A DNA stretch of 55,376 nt, filler included, from Sluysia triapertura (lineage: Eukaryota), in NCBI GenBank assembly GCA_046118255.1. It is 4 parts of 4 records of this genome, joined end to end, with 100 filler letters (N's around TTAATTAATTAA, not from the genome) between each part and the next. Parts side by side here need not be neighbours in the genome. Positions count along the whole stretch, not along the records: positions 29,568 to 43,339 come from JBJNIA010020847.1; positions 43,440 to 55,376 come from JBJNIA010154714.1; 2 more parts are not named here. The stretch is one strand, 5' to 3'. Made by a program: the position numbers and the translations under genes. The notes under the pieces are model-generated. The model searched no databases. It saw nothing but the letters and a program-made list of their open reading frames with translations, and had not been told where the DNA came from. Shown piece by piece: positions 37,900 through 50,767 of this stretch (the first letter of the stretch is position 1; every line of letters begins with the position of its first letter).

Positions 37900-38227
37900 C
37901 ATAAATAAACAAGTAATCACACAAAGAAATTATAATACGCAATTTTGCATTACAAAGCAGACAAAGCTTATAATTACAAAAGAAAATCATCATCAAAATT
38001 TCTACGTCCATTAAAATCAATTCGTCAGTGTTCTCCGTATTTCAACAATTCTCCAATTCACTTTCCAAGTTATCGTGTAAATCCCGCATATTCGATTAGA
38101 TGGATAGCGATTTCCAAACAACAGCGGCACAACCGATCAAATCCACTTCGAAAAATATTTCTGGAAGCGGATCCACGATTGTATTAATTAAATTAGTAAG
38201 TTCGTTGTATATAGAGTGAATACTCAT
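37900..38227 (-). pseudogene. Orphan ORF with in-frame stops
   Basis: ATG at 38227: MSIHSIYNELTNLINTIVDPLPEIFFEVDLIGCAAVVWKSLSI*SNMRDLHDNLESELENC*NTENTDELILMDVEIL. Confidence 0.4.
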
Positions 38228-38268
38228 TATTTGAGTTAAAATCTATATGTAAACTACTGCTTTTCACG

Positions 38269-38349
38269 GTTGGTCATTAAGGCCAATCACAAGATCACGT
38301 TAAAATATAAAATCTCTTATATTTAGTTGGCCCTTAAGGTCAATTACAA
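38269..38349. promoter_or_regulatory. Duplicated palindromic TTGG-N8-CCAAT motif upstream of the orphan ORF
   Basis: GTTGGTCATTAAGGCCAATCACAA (38269) and GTTGGCCCTTAAGGTCAATTACAA (38326). Confidence 0.5.
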
Positions 38350-38876
38350 ATTTATCATTTATAAAATTTCTGCGTTAATAAGTGTTTTTTAGAATTTTTA
38401 TAAACTATTAATATTTTTGTTTTTTAATTTCCATATATTGAATAATAAAGCTGAAATTTTGTTAAATAGTTATTTATTTTAATTGTAATATCGATTTGTG
38501 ATATAAGGTTGTCTTATTTTTGGTATACTAAAGATAAACTTTCGAATTGAATAAACTGTCACAAGGCGTACTCTATTTAGGGTGTTAAGATCCTGACACT
38601 AATTTAGGTATTTATGTTCGGGAACATGAAATAAATCTAGAAGTTTATTGTTCTGACTCTGATTTGGAGGTTTTAGTTCAAAATCAAATGATAATTTTAG
38701 TAATTTAATTTCGAGTAATTTATAACAATCTATAACTTCGTAAGTCTTAAGTATCATGTACTTCTTTAAAGCATTTACATTGTTAACGGAATAAAAATAG
38801 TTCGTATCTTTCGTGCTATTTAACGTTTAATTAAACGATCGAGGTTTCATTGTAGTATTTGAATTATGTATAGTCA

Positions 38877-40339
38877 TCATTGCATAAAGTAGAAAGGTAA
38901 AGTAGAATTAGCTACGATTATTTTAGACAATAGACAAGTGATACCTCCCAATATTACAACAATTATAAGTCTAAGCTTAAGGTTATTATTGTAGATTTTA
39001 TAGAATATTAATTCATGTTCACAAATTCTTTCCTTTTGGTAAATTTTATAAAAACAAAATAATTTCATTTTATGTGTAACTAAATTCATATCATTCTTTT
39101 TATAGTTAAAACAAATCATGTAAGACACATGTGAAACATTTTTATTACATATAACAAAACATTTATTTTTCGCAATTAAATTTTGTATTGATTGTGAATT
39201 GCCTTCCACTGATACAAAATCTGAACTTAATATCTAAAATATAAATTGATATAAATTTAACATGAAGTCTAATATTATAAGATACCTGGTTCTTAGAGAA
39301 TTCTTTTGATAAACATAATTTGATGAAAGTTATTTTGAAAACAGGATCGAATGAAAACCGCAAATGTAATTTTGTGCATAAATCATCTTCATTTACTAGG
39401 ATACGAATTTCCGGAGTCATTATTCGTCGCGTACAGGATAACGAATTGCTATCAAATCTTCTAATAAATCTACATAGACCAAAAACATTTTATTGATCTC
39501 TGGTTAACACTTTTCAATGAAGTCTCCAATAATCTCAACAAATACATAAATCTGCTTTCATCTAAAAAAAATTAACGAACTTTCTGACTCAGTGGCAATG
39601 TAAGTAATAAGTAGTAGAGTTGTTAATTTAATTCTTTCTCGTTCACAATGAAGTATTGGTTTCATAACTACAAAAATATTCTTTTCTTGTATTACCTTAT
39701 ATTATCTTGTTTATCATATAGCAATATATTATACATCATTAACAAAAGGTGCTTTAACGCATCAAAACGTTTTGGGTTTATTCACATAAATTGACACATG
39801 AATCTCTAGAAATTTACGACATATTGTTAAACAACGATTAATTTTATACGAAATTCGGCCGAGCTCGACAGAAGTATCAGAATAATTTAACAAAAGGAAT
39901 GAAAGCTTTATAATAAAACGAAAAAGATTATTTTTAATATCGCTCATAGCATCACTATCCAGCACCAATTTAATGTGGGACATCAAGCAATCCACAATTA
40001 CATCAATTACGTTCATTCGTATCAATGTTTCGACATTTGTTTGTCGTAGTTTATCACGAAAAGTAAATAACACTTTGTAATTTTGAAATAGGGAATATTG
40101 ATCGTAAACAATCCATAAACTGTTGTGAGAGTCTTTATCATTACAGTTTTCTAAGTCATCTTTAAATATTTCTATATTATCAAATGTTTAGTTATGATTT
40201 CAGAAACTCGATCCATTTTCTGTTGATCTTGTTCATCTGTTAACTTGTCTCGTTTTGGTCTAATTGATGGAATTTCATTACAGGATGGTGATACTAAATA
40301 TACATCACTCCATGTAGCGTCTAAATTTTGTTCCATCAT
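38877..40339 (-). pseudogene. Long orphan, apparently intronless frameshifted ORF downstream of module A copy 2
   Basis: ATG at 40339 (MMEQNLDATWSDVYLVSPSCNEIPSIRPKRDK...), continuing through same-strand ORF pieces 39762-40073, 39163-39420 and 38877-39209. Confidence 0.55.
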
Positions 40340-40447
40340 TGAAATTTTTTGTTGTTGATTATACAGTAAATAATTGTACTAACAAATTTTTGCTATTGTT
40401 GTTTTGAAAAATAACTTAACTATTTTTAGTTATAAACAGTAGTTTTT

Positions 40448-40650
40448 GGTTGGCCATCCAATCACGACTTTCAAACAGTACATTCAGTGGTATCTGTCGT
40501 GATTGGGTGGTAGTTAAAAGTAATAAATTCTGATGATTAACCATCATCAGTATTGGCACATTAATAAAAATTGTGGACAGAGTGTCAATACTGATGATGG
40601 CGGCAACTAGTTTGAATGCGAATTAAATTTATAAAATAATTTAATGATTG

Positions 40651-40699
<49 letters not shown>

Positions 40700-41607
40700 T
40701 ATTGTTATTATTATTATTAAATAAAATAAATCGCATAAATCTTTCTTTTAAAATAAATTGTACACGATCTTTTTTTTCAGATTCTTTTATTTCTTACATA
40801 TATAAAATAAAATGAAAAAATAAAAACAATTGGTATTATGTGAAGGAGCAACGGTAACGTGGTATACTATGCTTCAGTTATCGTTGCTGTTTCATTCCTG
40901 AAATTAATTCATTTAGAGCTGTATTAAATTTATTTTTGAAGATAACAGAAATGATTTGAATTGTAAGTGAAATGAAGAATGTTAGAATAAATTCTTGAGA
41001 TTTATTTAAAGTTTATAGTCGAAAACAAGATTTATGCATTGAATATAATGGTTTGAAAGGCTTGTTAAAAGGTTATAGTTTATTTAATTTGAAAAACGAT
41101 TACAAAATAAATCTTTGCGTATTTACAATGTTGTTGTAAAATGTTGATAATGATTATGTGTAGATGAAATGAGTTTGACTTAGTGTAATTGATTCGAGGT
41201 TGTAACGTAAATATTTTCTATGTTTCAGGTACTTGTTAATGTTGTTAAATAGTGTTAATGTATTTGTGGTTTATCTGTTATAAGTTGTGATTGTGATTTG
41301 GTTTGAGAGGATGACTATTGAGTGAATGTTATGGATTATTCGGTATTAATTATCAAAATATAATGTAAGGTGGATGATTGAGGGTACTAGACGAGTTGTT
41401 TGAGATGTGTCTATTGTTGAATTATTATAGATATCGAATATTGTTTATGATGAGTCAGTTAATATAATTCTATAGTGTAAAATGTGATTGATTTGGATGT
41501 TATGTTTTTTGTGAAATAGTTGTTATAAAGTGATAATGTTGAGTGTGATTGTGATTTAGGTGTTATAGGATTTTAATGAATTTTGGATTATGAGTGTTGA
41601 TCACTAC
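40448..41607 (-). repeat. Module A copy 2
   Basis: Collinear with 925-2108. Inverted repeats at 40458-40468/40496-40506, 40541-40559/40582-40600 and 40841-40858/40877-40894. Confidence 0.9.
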
Positions 41608-42189
41608 GCATTTATCAATACTTCAGTCAACAAAGAACACATTAAATAATACAAGCCAAACAATGGTAAATAAACCGTAGTTTATATTTATATCACTATT
41701 ATTATTTACATTATTACAATATTACGATAATAAAGATAAAGATGAAAAATAATAATAAAAATAACAATAGAAATAAAAATGGTAATAATAATAATGGCAA
41801 TAATCATAATAATGATAATAATAATAAACATTCGATGATAAATAATGTATATCTTACACATTTACCATAAGCTATTGATCACCCGCTGATTCTTTTCTGA
41901 TTCCGACTCTCTCTTCAATAAATCTTTAATATTAACTCTTTCGTGATGTTTGCGCTTTGCTTAGATATTTTTCGGCCCTATGATTCTTCTGTATTAATAT
42001 TTTTTGACTCTTCAACTGGTACTATTACTATGGTCCCGACGGAACGCAAACTTATATCTTTTAAATAAACTTTGTAGAATTGATAACTACAGATGTTGGG
42101 ACAAGACACATTCGTAACTAGAAATGACTTTTAGATAACTTGAAACATGGAAATAGACCTGATATTTGATATATTTCGAGAGTTTTTCT

Positions 42190-43105
42190 TTCATATTAAT
42201 TTGTAGTGATTTTTTGAAAATTCTTTTGAACGAATACGATTTCCATATTTAAACTGATATATACGTGGTACATTAAAAGCTTGATCCTCATCTAAGACAT
42301 AAATGTATTTATACGAATTGGAATTATATGTGTTGGAATCAGAATGGTAAAGGTGAAAACATCTTAAGCCTCCTGAGTACCTTGTAAAGTATTTAACAAC
42401 TTTATAACCAGAATACAACTTTAAACTTAGAATAAAATATGTTAAAATAATTAATTAATTAAAATCTTAATTAACTTAATTAAGAAAAATTACGTTTGCG
42501 TTAATAACTTTTGAATGAGGAATGCTATGTTAAAACTCTAATTATGTATGTATGTGTTTTAAAGAGACCTTCCGATGAAGATAAGGTTTGACCGAGTTCA
42601 TGCGAGGAAAGCCTCCATACTGAGCAAAGTCGAATTTTAATTAATTTTTGATCCAAAATGCTGAAATTTTCATATTTAGAATGATGAGAGATGATGAGTT
42701 GGGTATGGAGTGATTGCTATGAAATAGGCGAATTCGAAAATGAGGTTGAAATATTCGTGAAATTGGAAATGAGAGCATTACACATTTTCTATTAAAAAAT
42801 TCAGTGTAAGGAATTGAAAATTAATCAAACCGGAAAAAATTAGAGTTAAATTCATTATTATTTTTAAGTATGTCAATAATAATAATAATTGTTATTTTAA
42901 TGTAAGAAGTGATTCATGAAAAAAAGATCGAGTAGAAGAAAAAATAAGTGTTGATTGTTAATCGAATTGACAGGTCATACCATGTAAATGTTAAAGACGT
43001 TTTAGTCGGTTTAATCTTTAAAAGAGTTTTTGATGATTTGTGTAATAGTAATTCCTGATTGTGAATGTGGAAATGATTGAATGACATAAACATATAAAAC
43101 AGAAC
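42190..43105 (-). repeat. Repeat B copy 1 (possibly a decayed gene-family member)
   Basis: Homologous to 54320-54890 (direct) and 49100-49810 (inverted), e.g. ATGAGGAATGCTATGTTAAA, GATGAAGATA, GTTAAATTCATTATT. Confidence 0.75.
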
Positions 43106-43339
43106 ATTTAGGCCTTTTTAGGAACTCATAAAAATGGAAACATTCATAGGTGATCACGGAAAGAAGATCCACGTTTTTGGTAAAGTTTTCAAATTTTTAT
43201 TTCAAATAAATATTAATTTTAATAAGAGTTATTTTGTTGTAATATTTTAGATTTTATTATTGTGTTGGGATTGCCAAATTGTAGATCAGGAAATGAGTAA
43301 GAAACATATAGAACTATAAAATCAAGGAAGAACTTATAC

Positions 43340-43439
43340 NNNNNNNNNNNNNNNNNNNNNNNNNNNNNNNNNNNNNNNNNNNNTTAATTAATTAANNNNN
43401 NNNNNNNNNNNNNNNNNNNNNNNNNNNNNNNNNNNNNNN
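43340..43439. other. Scaffold gap with linker
   Basis: N block with TTAATTAATTAA. Confidence 0.97.
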
Positions 43440-46400
43440 ATCAATTTTTATTTATTTCGAATTTTAAAGTAAGGTCGCCGATTTTAATCGGACGAAAAAT
43501 ACACGTAAATTATAACAAAAAGAGAAAGTAGTAATTAAGGTTTAGCGTTTTTGAAACACGGTTGAAAAATATAACTCAAAATATCATTTACATTTAATTT
43601 TAATATAACAAAAGTTTTTAAGTATTTTTGACTAACTTTTAATAATTTCCTAAAAGAGCCAATATTATCATCGCATAAACCGCAACAATTTTGTCCAAAA
43701 GTATAACTGATTTAGTATAAACTTACTTATACCTCCATGTAAATTCTTCTAAAATACTACTTACAACTTAGCTTTTAAGTGAGTAAATCTAAGATTGTAA
43801 GGGACTCACAGCATAAATTAGATGTAGCATTAGCATCATGACATAAATAAATAACCTACAATCGAAATAAACAGCAGGCATACAGATTAGAAGCAAAATA
43901 TACATACTAAATCTTAAAATTCATAAAGTAATAATAGAATGAATCAAGCTTAAAATGCAATTTTTCAGATTTAAAAATGTGCCACTTCCTGTATTACAAA
44001 AGCAATTTGTCAAATAAATACGGAGTTCCGTAATGATATTCTAATATTTTCTCTTTTTCAATCCACCCTTTTTCAAATTTCGATTCTTTTATAACACATC
44101 AAATGAAAAAGTTATCCAAATGTACTATTTTAGAAAATGTACGAATTTAAAGCTTCAAACTGAAATTATGGCAACCGAAGAACTTAAACGTACGAAAATT
44201 TATGTTCTGTTTCATCCCAGTTTGTTCGTCTTTTATAGTGTTATAAATTTTCATTTCATTAAATTTTTAAGATGTACAATGTTTTGTATCATTCTTTAGG
44301 TGTCATATATGTTAATTAACGCGTCTTTCTAATAATATTGAATCTAAAGGGTTATAAGCCTTCTTTTGCAATTTATAAGCGCCATTTTGATTAAATTAAA
44401 TGAAGAAATTTTTAACGCTAATTAATAATTTTAATCACTTCAAAGCTAATGAAATTTGCTAATCTATCTAAAGAATTCTTAGATTGATAAGGGTTAACCA
44501 TTTGCATTTTAAAATATTGATAAAATTTGCATAATTAGTGAACTAAGTTAAACAGCAAAACAAACCTTTCTATATGACAATTAAAACTACTATATTCGAG
44601 CAATTATTGCTTCTAGGGAAACATAATTAACAAAACTTTTGTATATAATAAATTTGGACAATTAAACTACTCACTGACATTGCTATTTTTTGAAATCAGT
44701 TAATTCAACTCATGTATTTACTATGGACAGAGTGCTAATCGTAGTATGCATTTTGTTTAAATTACTGAATTTCGTTTTAAAGTCCACTTTTTGCATGATT
44801 GCAAGTTAAACCAAAAGAACACTAACATAAAATTAATACAATAAAATAAAAATTTATTTATTTATTTTTAATAATATAAGTTACATTTCTTAAAACTAAA
44901 ATTTCATCTCGGTCATATATATTGCTATGAATTCTATAACAAATAATGTTTGTTATTTAAAATTATACAGAAAAATTTCTTCATTTCATCAAGTAACAAT
45001 TATGATATTCGACACGTTATAATTAAATTCTTATAATTTTTATCAAAAGAATTTTACTTTTTTTGCAGAAACATATCAAACATTCACTATGTTTTTAATT
45101 ATAGACTGTTTGCAGTTAATTAATAAGTAGTGGTTCTGTTGTTTTATTATCATAGTAATATAAGACAATAATCGATTACTTTATATTCATTGTTTAGATC
45201 ATTAACATAATCAGCCAATTATTTATATAATGTAACAATTATGATAATTTGATTTTGTTTAGTAATTTAGGTTGATTAGCATTAATATCTATAGAAACTA
45301 AATATTCATTTATTTAGTTTTATCATTTAGTTTTATAATGTAACAAAATTTTCGATAAATTTATAAAAAACAATTTAACTAATTTATTTTAAGAACAAAA
45401 TAAGTATACTTAAATTATTATTAAAAAATCTTTCAAAATGTTTTCATTTCTCTAGTGAAAAGTAATTAACTAAGCATTGGAAGACAAATTATTGCTAGTT
45501 CTTACTGGTTTATATTTAATTCTCATCTGCTCATAAAATCTGCACATATTTTAAATTTATAAATATTGTGAAATTTTAAAAGCTACTAGGTTAAATCTCA
45601 AATGTCTCTAAGTGCTCTCTTATGTTCTATAAATTTTGTATTTGTTTATAATGACTTTTATTCTGTACTAGTAATTTAAATTTCTTTATAAACTTCTGTT
45701 CCTAATAATATGCAATACCCTCACTTTCTTCTAATTTTAGTTATAATTCCTTAAAATTCTTTAATGTTATTACAAATTGTTATTACTCTTTTTATATTTT
45801 TGAATGGCTTCTTAACTTTTGCTAATAACAAACTTATGGCTTGCAATGATAATCTAAATATCTTTACTTCAACTTAAATATTTCTAGTAAGAATTTCACC
45901 ATATATTGTATAAACTTTTACTAATTTAAACTCTTTATTGTTTTATTTTATTTTTAATATTATTTTTATTACATTTATTTATTTTATTTTAATATGTAGA
46001 AGTGTGAGATCGGACCTGAAATGGAAATGTGAAGTAAGTTTTTTATTTTAATATTCGAAAAATGAGATAGAATCTTGCTTTATTAACAGTCTGAAGTCAA
46101 ACTGTTATCTTCAATTTGTCACTTAATGAAACTAGGATACACTAAAATTTATCGACTATAACAATTTATAACTATAACAATGATAACAAAAAATGTACAG
46201 TGTTAATTTTTAAAATACAAACAAAAAATTTTTATTTTATCAATTTTATTATCAGACAAAAATATAATATTACTTAATGTTTCAATTAGAATCGGAATGT
46301 TCAATTAATTTCTGTTTGTAATAAATGTTCAATTGTTAGTAATGCGCACTGATAAATTTAATTTCTTCAGTTTAAATTCTTCAGTAAATTCTTCAGCTCA

Positions 46401-46713
46401 GACTTATAATTAACCTTGATTTATACTATATTTGGGGCGTTTTTTATTTACAGTACAATATTTATATATTAATTTTTAGAGTTTATATTTTGTCTGGGTA
46501 TGATTTTTATAATAGTAATAGTTATTATTCAAGTATTAATAGTAATTAATAATATAATTCATTTAAGTAATAATGTCAATTTAGTATTCAAACATTAATA
46601 ATAATAGTTAGCAAATATATAGAATTATTATATAATAATAGTTAACAAAAATAAACAAGTAATAAATTGTAATACTAATTTTATGTCTGAATAATTTATG
46701 CCTCTCTTCTGCT

Positions 46714-47070
46714 CAATCTTTAATTTAAGTTAATTTTAATCGAAAATAATGTTACTAATTTTTAATTACATACAAGTTTTATTCAATCTCAGTTTAATAT
46801 AATTTTAAGTTACGTATTAAAATAATTTTTATTGGGCTTTATGTTCTTAAAGTTTGATTTTGCATTCTCTTTACATAATCTCATTTTAAAATAACTATTC
46901 ATTTGATTTCAATTTAAATTGGTCTCTTTGTTATTAAATTTCGAATTAATATTTTTAAATTAATATAAAAGCATTATAATGATAATAATTTTAATTTTAT
47001 TTTAAGAAATAAATTTAAATTAAATGAATTTTAGAATTGATTAAAAATTTTGAGAAATAAATTTGAAAAT
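46714..47070 (+). repeat. AT-rich dispersed repeat D copy 2
   Basis: Collinear with 36093-36510. Confidence 0.8.
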
Positions 47071-47381
47071 AGATGAAGATTATATTACAATATCAAGAAA
47101 TAATTATTAGATTATTAATTATTTTATTAACTATTATTTTTATAAATTTACTTTTAAGATAATTTTGTAGAAATTATGTCCCTTGGACTGTTTATTCAAA
47201 TAAATATAAGTGATGATGAATAAATTGAAGAAAATATCAACATAAAGGGCGATTTCAGATGAACATGGTGTAATTATAGTGGAACATGTTTACAAGTTAA
47301 AATTATTACAATTTTATTATTTTCAAGATATGGTAGTACAACAAAACAAACACTGAGTAACCTAAAACATTCATTGAAATC

Positions 47382-48820
47382 TTGTCTCGTTTCCATTATC
47401 GATTTAGAGCTTGCAAGATATTACGATTGCACGATATCGGGAGTGCACGATTGCATTACACTGCTGAGGATACTGATAGGAACACACCCTCTTTCGACCA
47501 AAACTTTAAAAACATCTTGAGACCGGCTCTTCAAAGTCACTTCCAGTCATCACCCATTGATTACTTTTACACTACTGTTGATCTCGGAGGACTCGGATTT
47601 ACTTCTCTTCACAGCGAATACTTGATTCAAACTATAGTTCACTGCTTCCATATCTTTACCTCTGGCGACAATACTCTTCGATGTTTTTCTCTAGAATATC
47701 TTAAGGGGGATTTTAAACTATACTTTAGGAAACCAGATATTATAACGACACTCAACTGGCTTTCTGGCATCACTGATTCTGAAATGTCAACCCTGTGGTC
47801 CAACGTTAGGGACTGCTGTAAGTCTCATAAATCAAAGCATGATAGAAAAGTCTTTGTTTGCCTTTGTGAATGATTCATTCTCTATCAACTTAACTCTGCA
47901 ATCTACTTCATTTACCTTCATCAAAGATGAAAAGGCCTTTCATCAACTGACAGGGTTGTCTCACTTTCTATGATGGCAGTCCTTGAAATGCTAATTTCTT
48001 CTGAATTCTTCCCTGGCACAGTCTCGCCTTACAAATAGAATGCTCATGAGCTCTGAAAACCTAGATAACACTTTCTTCTTCTTCCTCAGAGCCCGAACAA
48101 ATACTTTATCTCTAAACTTCACTGTCAGAAACTTGAAAGAGAATCTTCCTATTAACTGTCGTCGATGTTCTTTTAAGTCTGAATCTGCACCCCACGTTCT
48201 TAATCACTGCCCTTTCAATTCCAGCCTTATCACATTGCGCTATAACTTAGCACTTGGACTTGTCGCTTCTCTCTTCAGGGATAACTGTGATGTTCAATGC
48301 GACCTCTTTTCTAACCGACCCGATGTCCCTGACTATATCAAACGTCAACGCCCTTACTTACTCTTTCTATACAATGTTACTTTCTTATTGACATCAAAAC
48401 CCCTTTTGATAAGAATCGAGTCCTATCCAAACATTCATAAAAAAACTCAGTGAAATATTCACAATTCTCCATACGTCTTAGCAGAATCGTCAGGCGTAAG
48501 GTTAAAATCTATACCTTAATCTTTCCGATTTTGGGCACAATGAGCCCCGAGAATATTAGCATACTTAAAACTTTCAAACTCAGTAGATCATCCATAAATA
48601 AATTGCTTGTTGATATTTTTATGGGAATGGTAAATATGTCATATAGAATATACATGAACCATGTCTTGTCCCGGCACCCAACAATCAGACAATCACCAAC
48701 TACAGCCCCATCTCCAGGAGATGCTCCAGTCCACGTTCCAGATCAGACAGCAAATTCTATCCCTGTGAATCAAAAGAAAAAACCCAAGCAAGAATCTGAA
48801 GAATATTTATACAGCCTTAA
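47382..48820 (+). mobile_element. 5'-truncated, decayed non-LTR retrotransposon of the R2 group (restriction-like endonuclease)
   Basis: RT thumb FYTTVDLGGLGF; LRARTNTL; CCHC finger CRRC-x8-H-x4-C (CRRCSFKSESAPHVLNHC); LRYN (degenerate RHN); RPYL (degenerate RPD); IDIKTPFD; KY; ILG. Spread over several frames with stops. Confidence 0.88.
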
Positions 48821-49099
48821 AATATTTAATACATTTTTAAAATCTATCTTCTCTAAAAAATATCACAACCAAAATTGTTAGATGATAAGTTGAATAACCA
48901 TACAAGAGGAATTAAATTATTAACTAAAAACTAATAATCAAATAAAATATAATCAAATAATAAGTGTCACATTCAATTCGACGCTAAACCTCAAAAACTA
49001 AGAATTTACAATAGAATAATATAAAATTATAAAAAGTATTAATTTAAAATAATAATAATCATTGTCGTCATCATCATAATTGTACTCGTTAATTTTACA

Positions 49100-49810
49100 G
49101 CTACTGTCTTTTATACTTTATTCAATCACTCTTGAGTTTTATAATCAAATATTTTTCTATACAAATCATCTGAACATTACGTAAGAATCGAATCGACAAT
49201 AACAGTTCTGACATTAATGATTAACCATTATCTTGTTCTACTCTACTCGGCTTATTTTCTCCTAAATTACTTCTCATATTAAGACAGCAACATACATAAA
49301 AATAATGAATTTAACTTTAGTTTTCAGAATTCGATTAATCTTCAGTTATTTATGCTCAATTTTCTAAAGGAAAATGTTTAAAGTTCTTATCCTCAAACAA
49401 ATTATTTTATAAACATTTCAAATGTATATCCAAACTATCCTATTTTATAACAATCATTTTATATTTAATTTATTATCTAAAAATGAAACATTTAACATTT
49501 TAGAATTAATTAAAATTTGTCTTTGCCTTATAGTAAGACTTTCCTTGCACGAATTCTGTCAAACCATGTCTTCATCGAAATATCTCTTTAAAACAAACAC
49601 AGTCACAACTTTGACACAGTATTCCGCATTCACACATTTATAAAAACGTAATTAAGTTACTAAAGATTTAATTAATCTACTTTTAGACTGGCTTAATTTA
49701 TGCTTAAAAGTATTCTTAAAATTCTAAAGTTGTTTGGTACTTTATGAAACACTCAGATACTTTCACTTTCATCACTCTGATTACTTTTTCTACTTCTCCA
49801 TGTTAACCAT
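49100..49810 (+). repeat. Repeat B copy 2 (inverted)
   Basis: Its reverse complement matches 42350-43105 and 54320-54890. Confidence 0.7.
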
Positions 49811-50767
49811 TAATGTAACAAAGTTTCAAATATTCTTAACGTTTGATAAGATCTCAGATGGTTTCACCATTTAATGCTTTGAAACATTTTCGAAGTTAAT
49901 CTCGAGCTTCCTCAAGGGTCGCAACACCTTATAAGGATCTTAGGAACTTCAAGATCCTCAAAGTGACTTCATTATTATGTATGACTTTTTTTCTGCTTAT
50001 TTCAATTTCACATCTTTCTCGATTATACCTTATTCCACAGTTAGGTAATCCTAACAGTACTGCTGTAAATGTTGGGAATGTGTTTTGTGGTTTTTATATA
50101 ATAATTATTTGAATTGAAGCATCTTCCATGTACATAAGGAATGTGTAAGTATAATAGTACGAGATATGAAAATGTTTGTAATATTTCATTTGTATTGTGG
50201 TTATTCATTAAAGTTTGCTTTGAAAAAGAAAGTGTGGATTTGGTGTCTTTATTACTGTCAACTAAGGATTTAGGGTTATAAGTAAGGTTATTTTTAGTGT
50301 TCTTGTTGTTTTATAGTATGATTATTGTCTATTTGACTTCATTTTGTGTATGGGCTCCGCATTAATCTTTTCTATTTGTCGTGTTTATTATTGTTACGTA
50401 AATTGATATTGCCGAAGCCCTTGTTGAAATAATCGACATTTTAAAGATGACTTGTGAAAATGTAGTTTGCATTGTTATTGTGAAGATAAATATATTTATA
50501 GATGAACAAGTCATTTTATTGACATCAGTAGTCCTTGTTTTTTATTACCAACACTGATTTTATTTGCTAATAGCACGTTTTTTTGTTTTATACTTGGACA
50601 TATGTTTTCAGCAATATCTATTTTCATGCATTTTATTTTCGATTACTGACAAGATATCATACCTTTTAAAACTCCGAATTTGAAGAAATTGATTTCAAAT
50701 ACAAATTTGAATCAGAAACAATAAGTATTAAACAATTTTAATAATTTAACATAAACAAATATTAAAA

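Noticed and set aside
37900-40339. Alternative genetic code or stop readthrough explaining interrupted ORFs
   Set aside because: Conserved genes here show no internal stops, and the orphan ORFs also contain frameshifts, which is better explained by decay or assembly indels.
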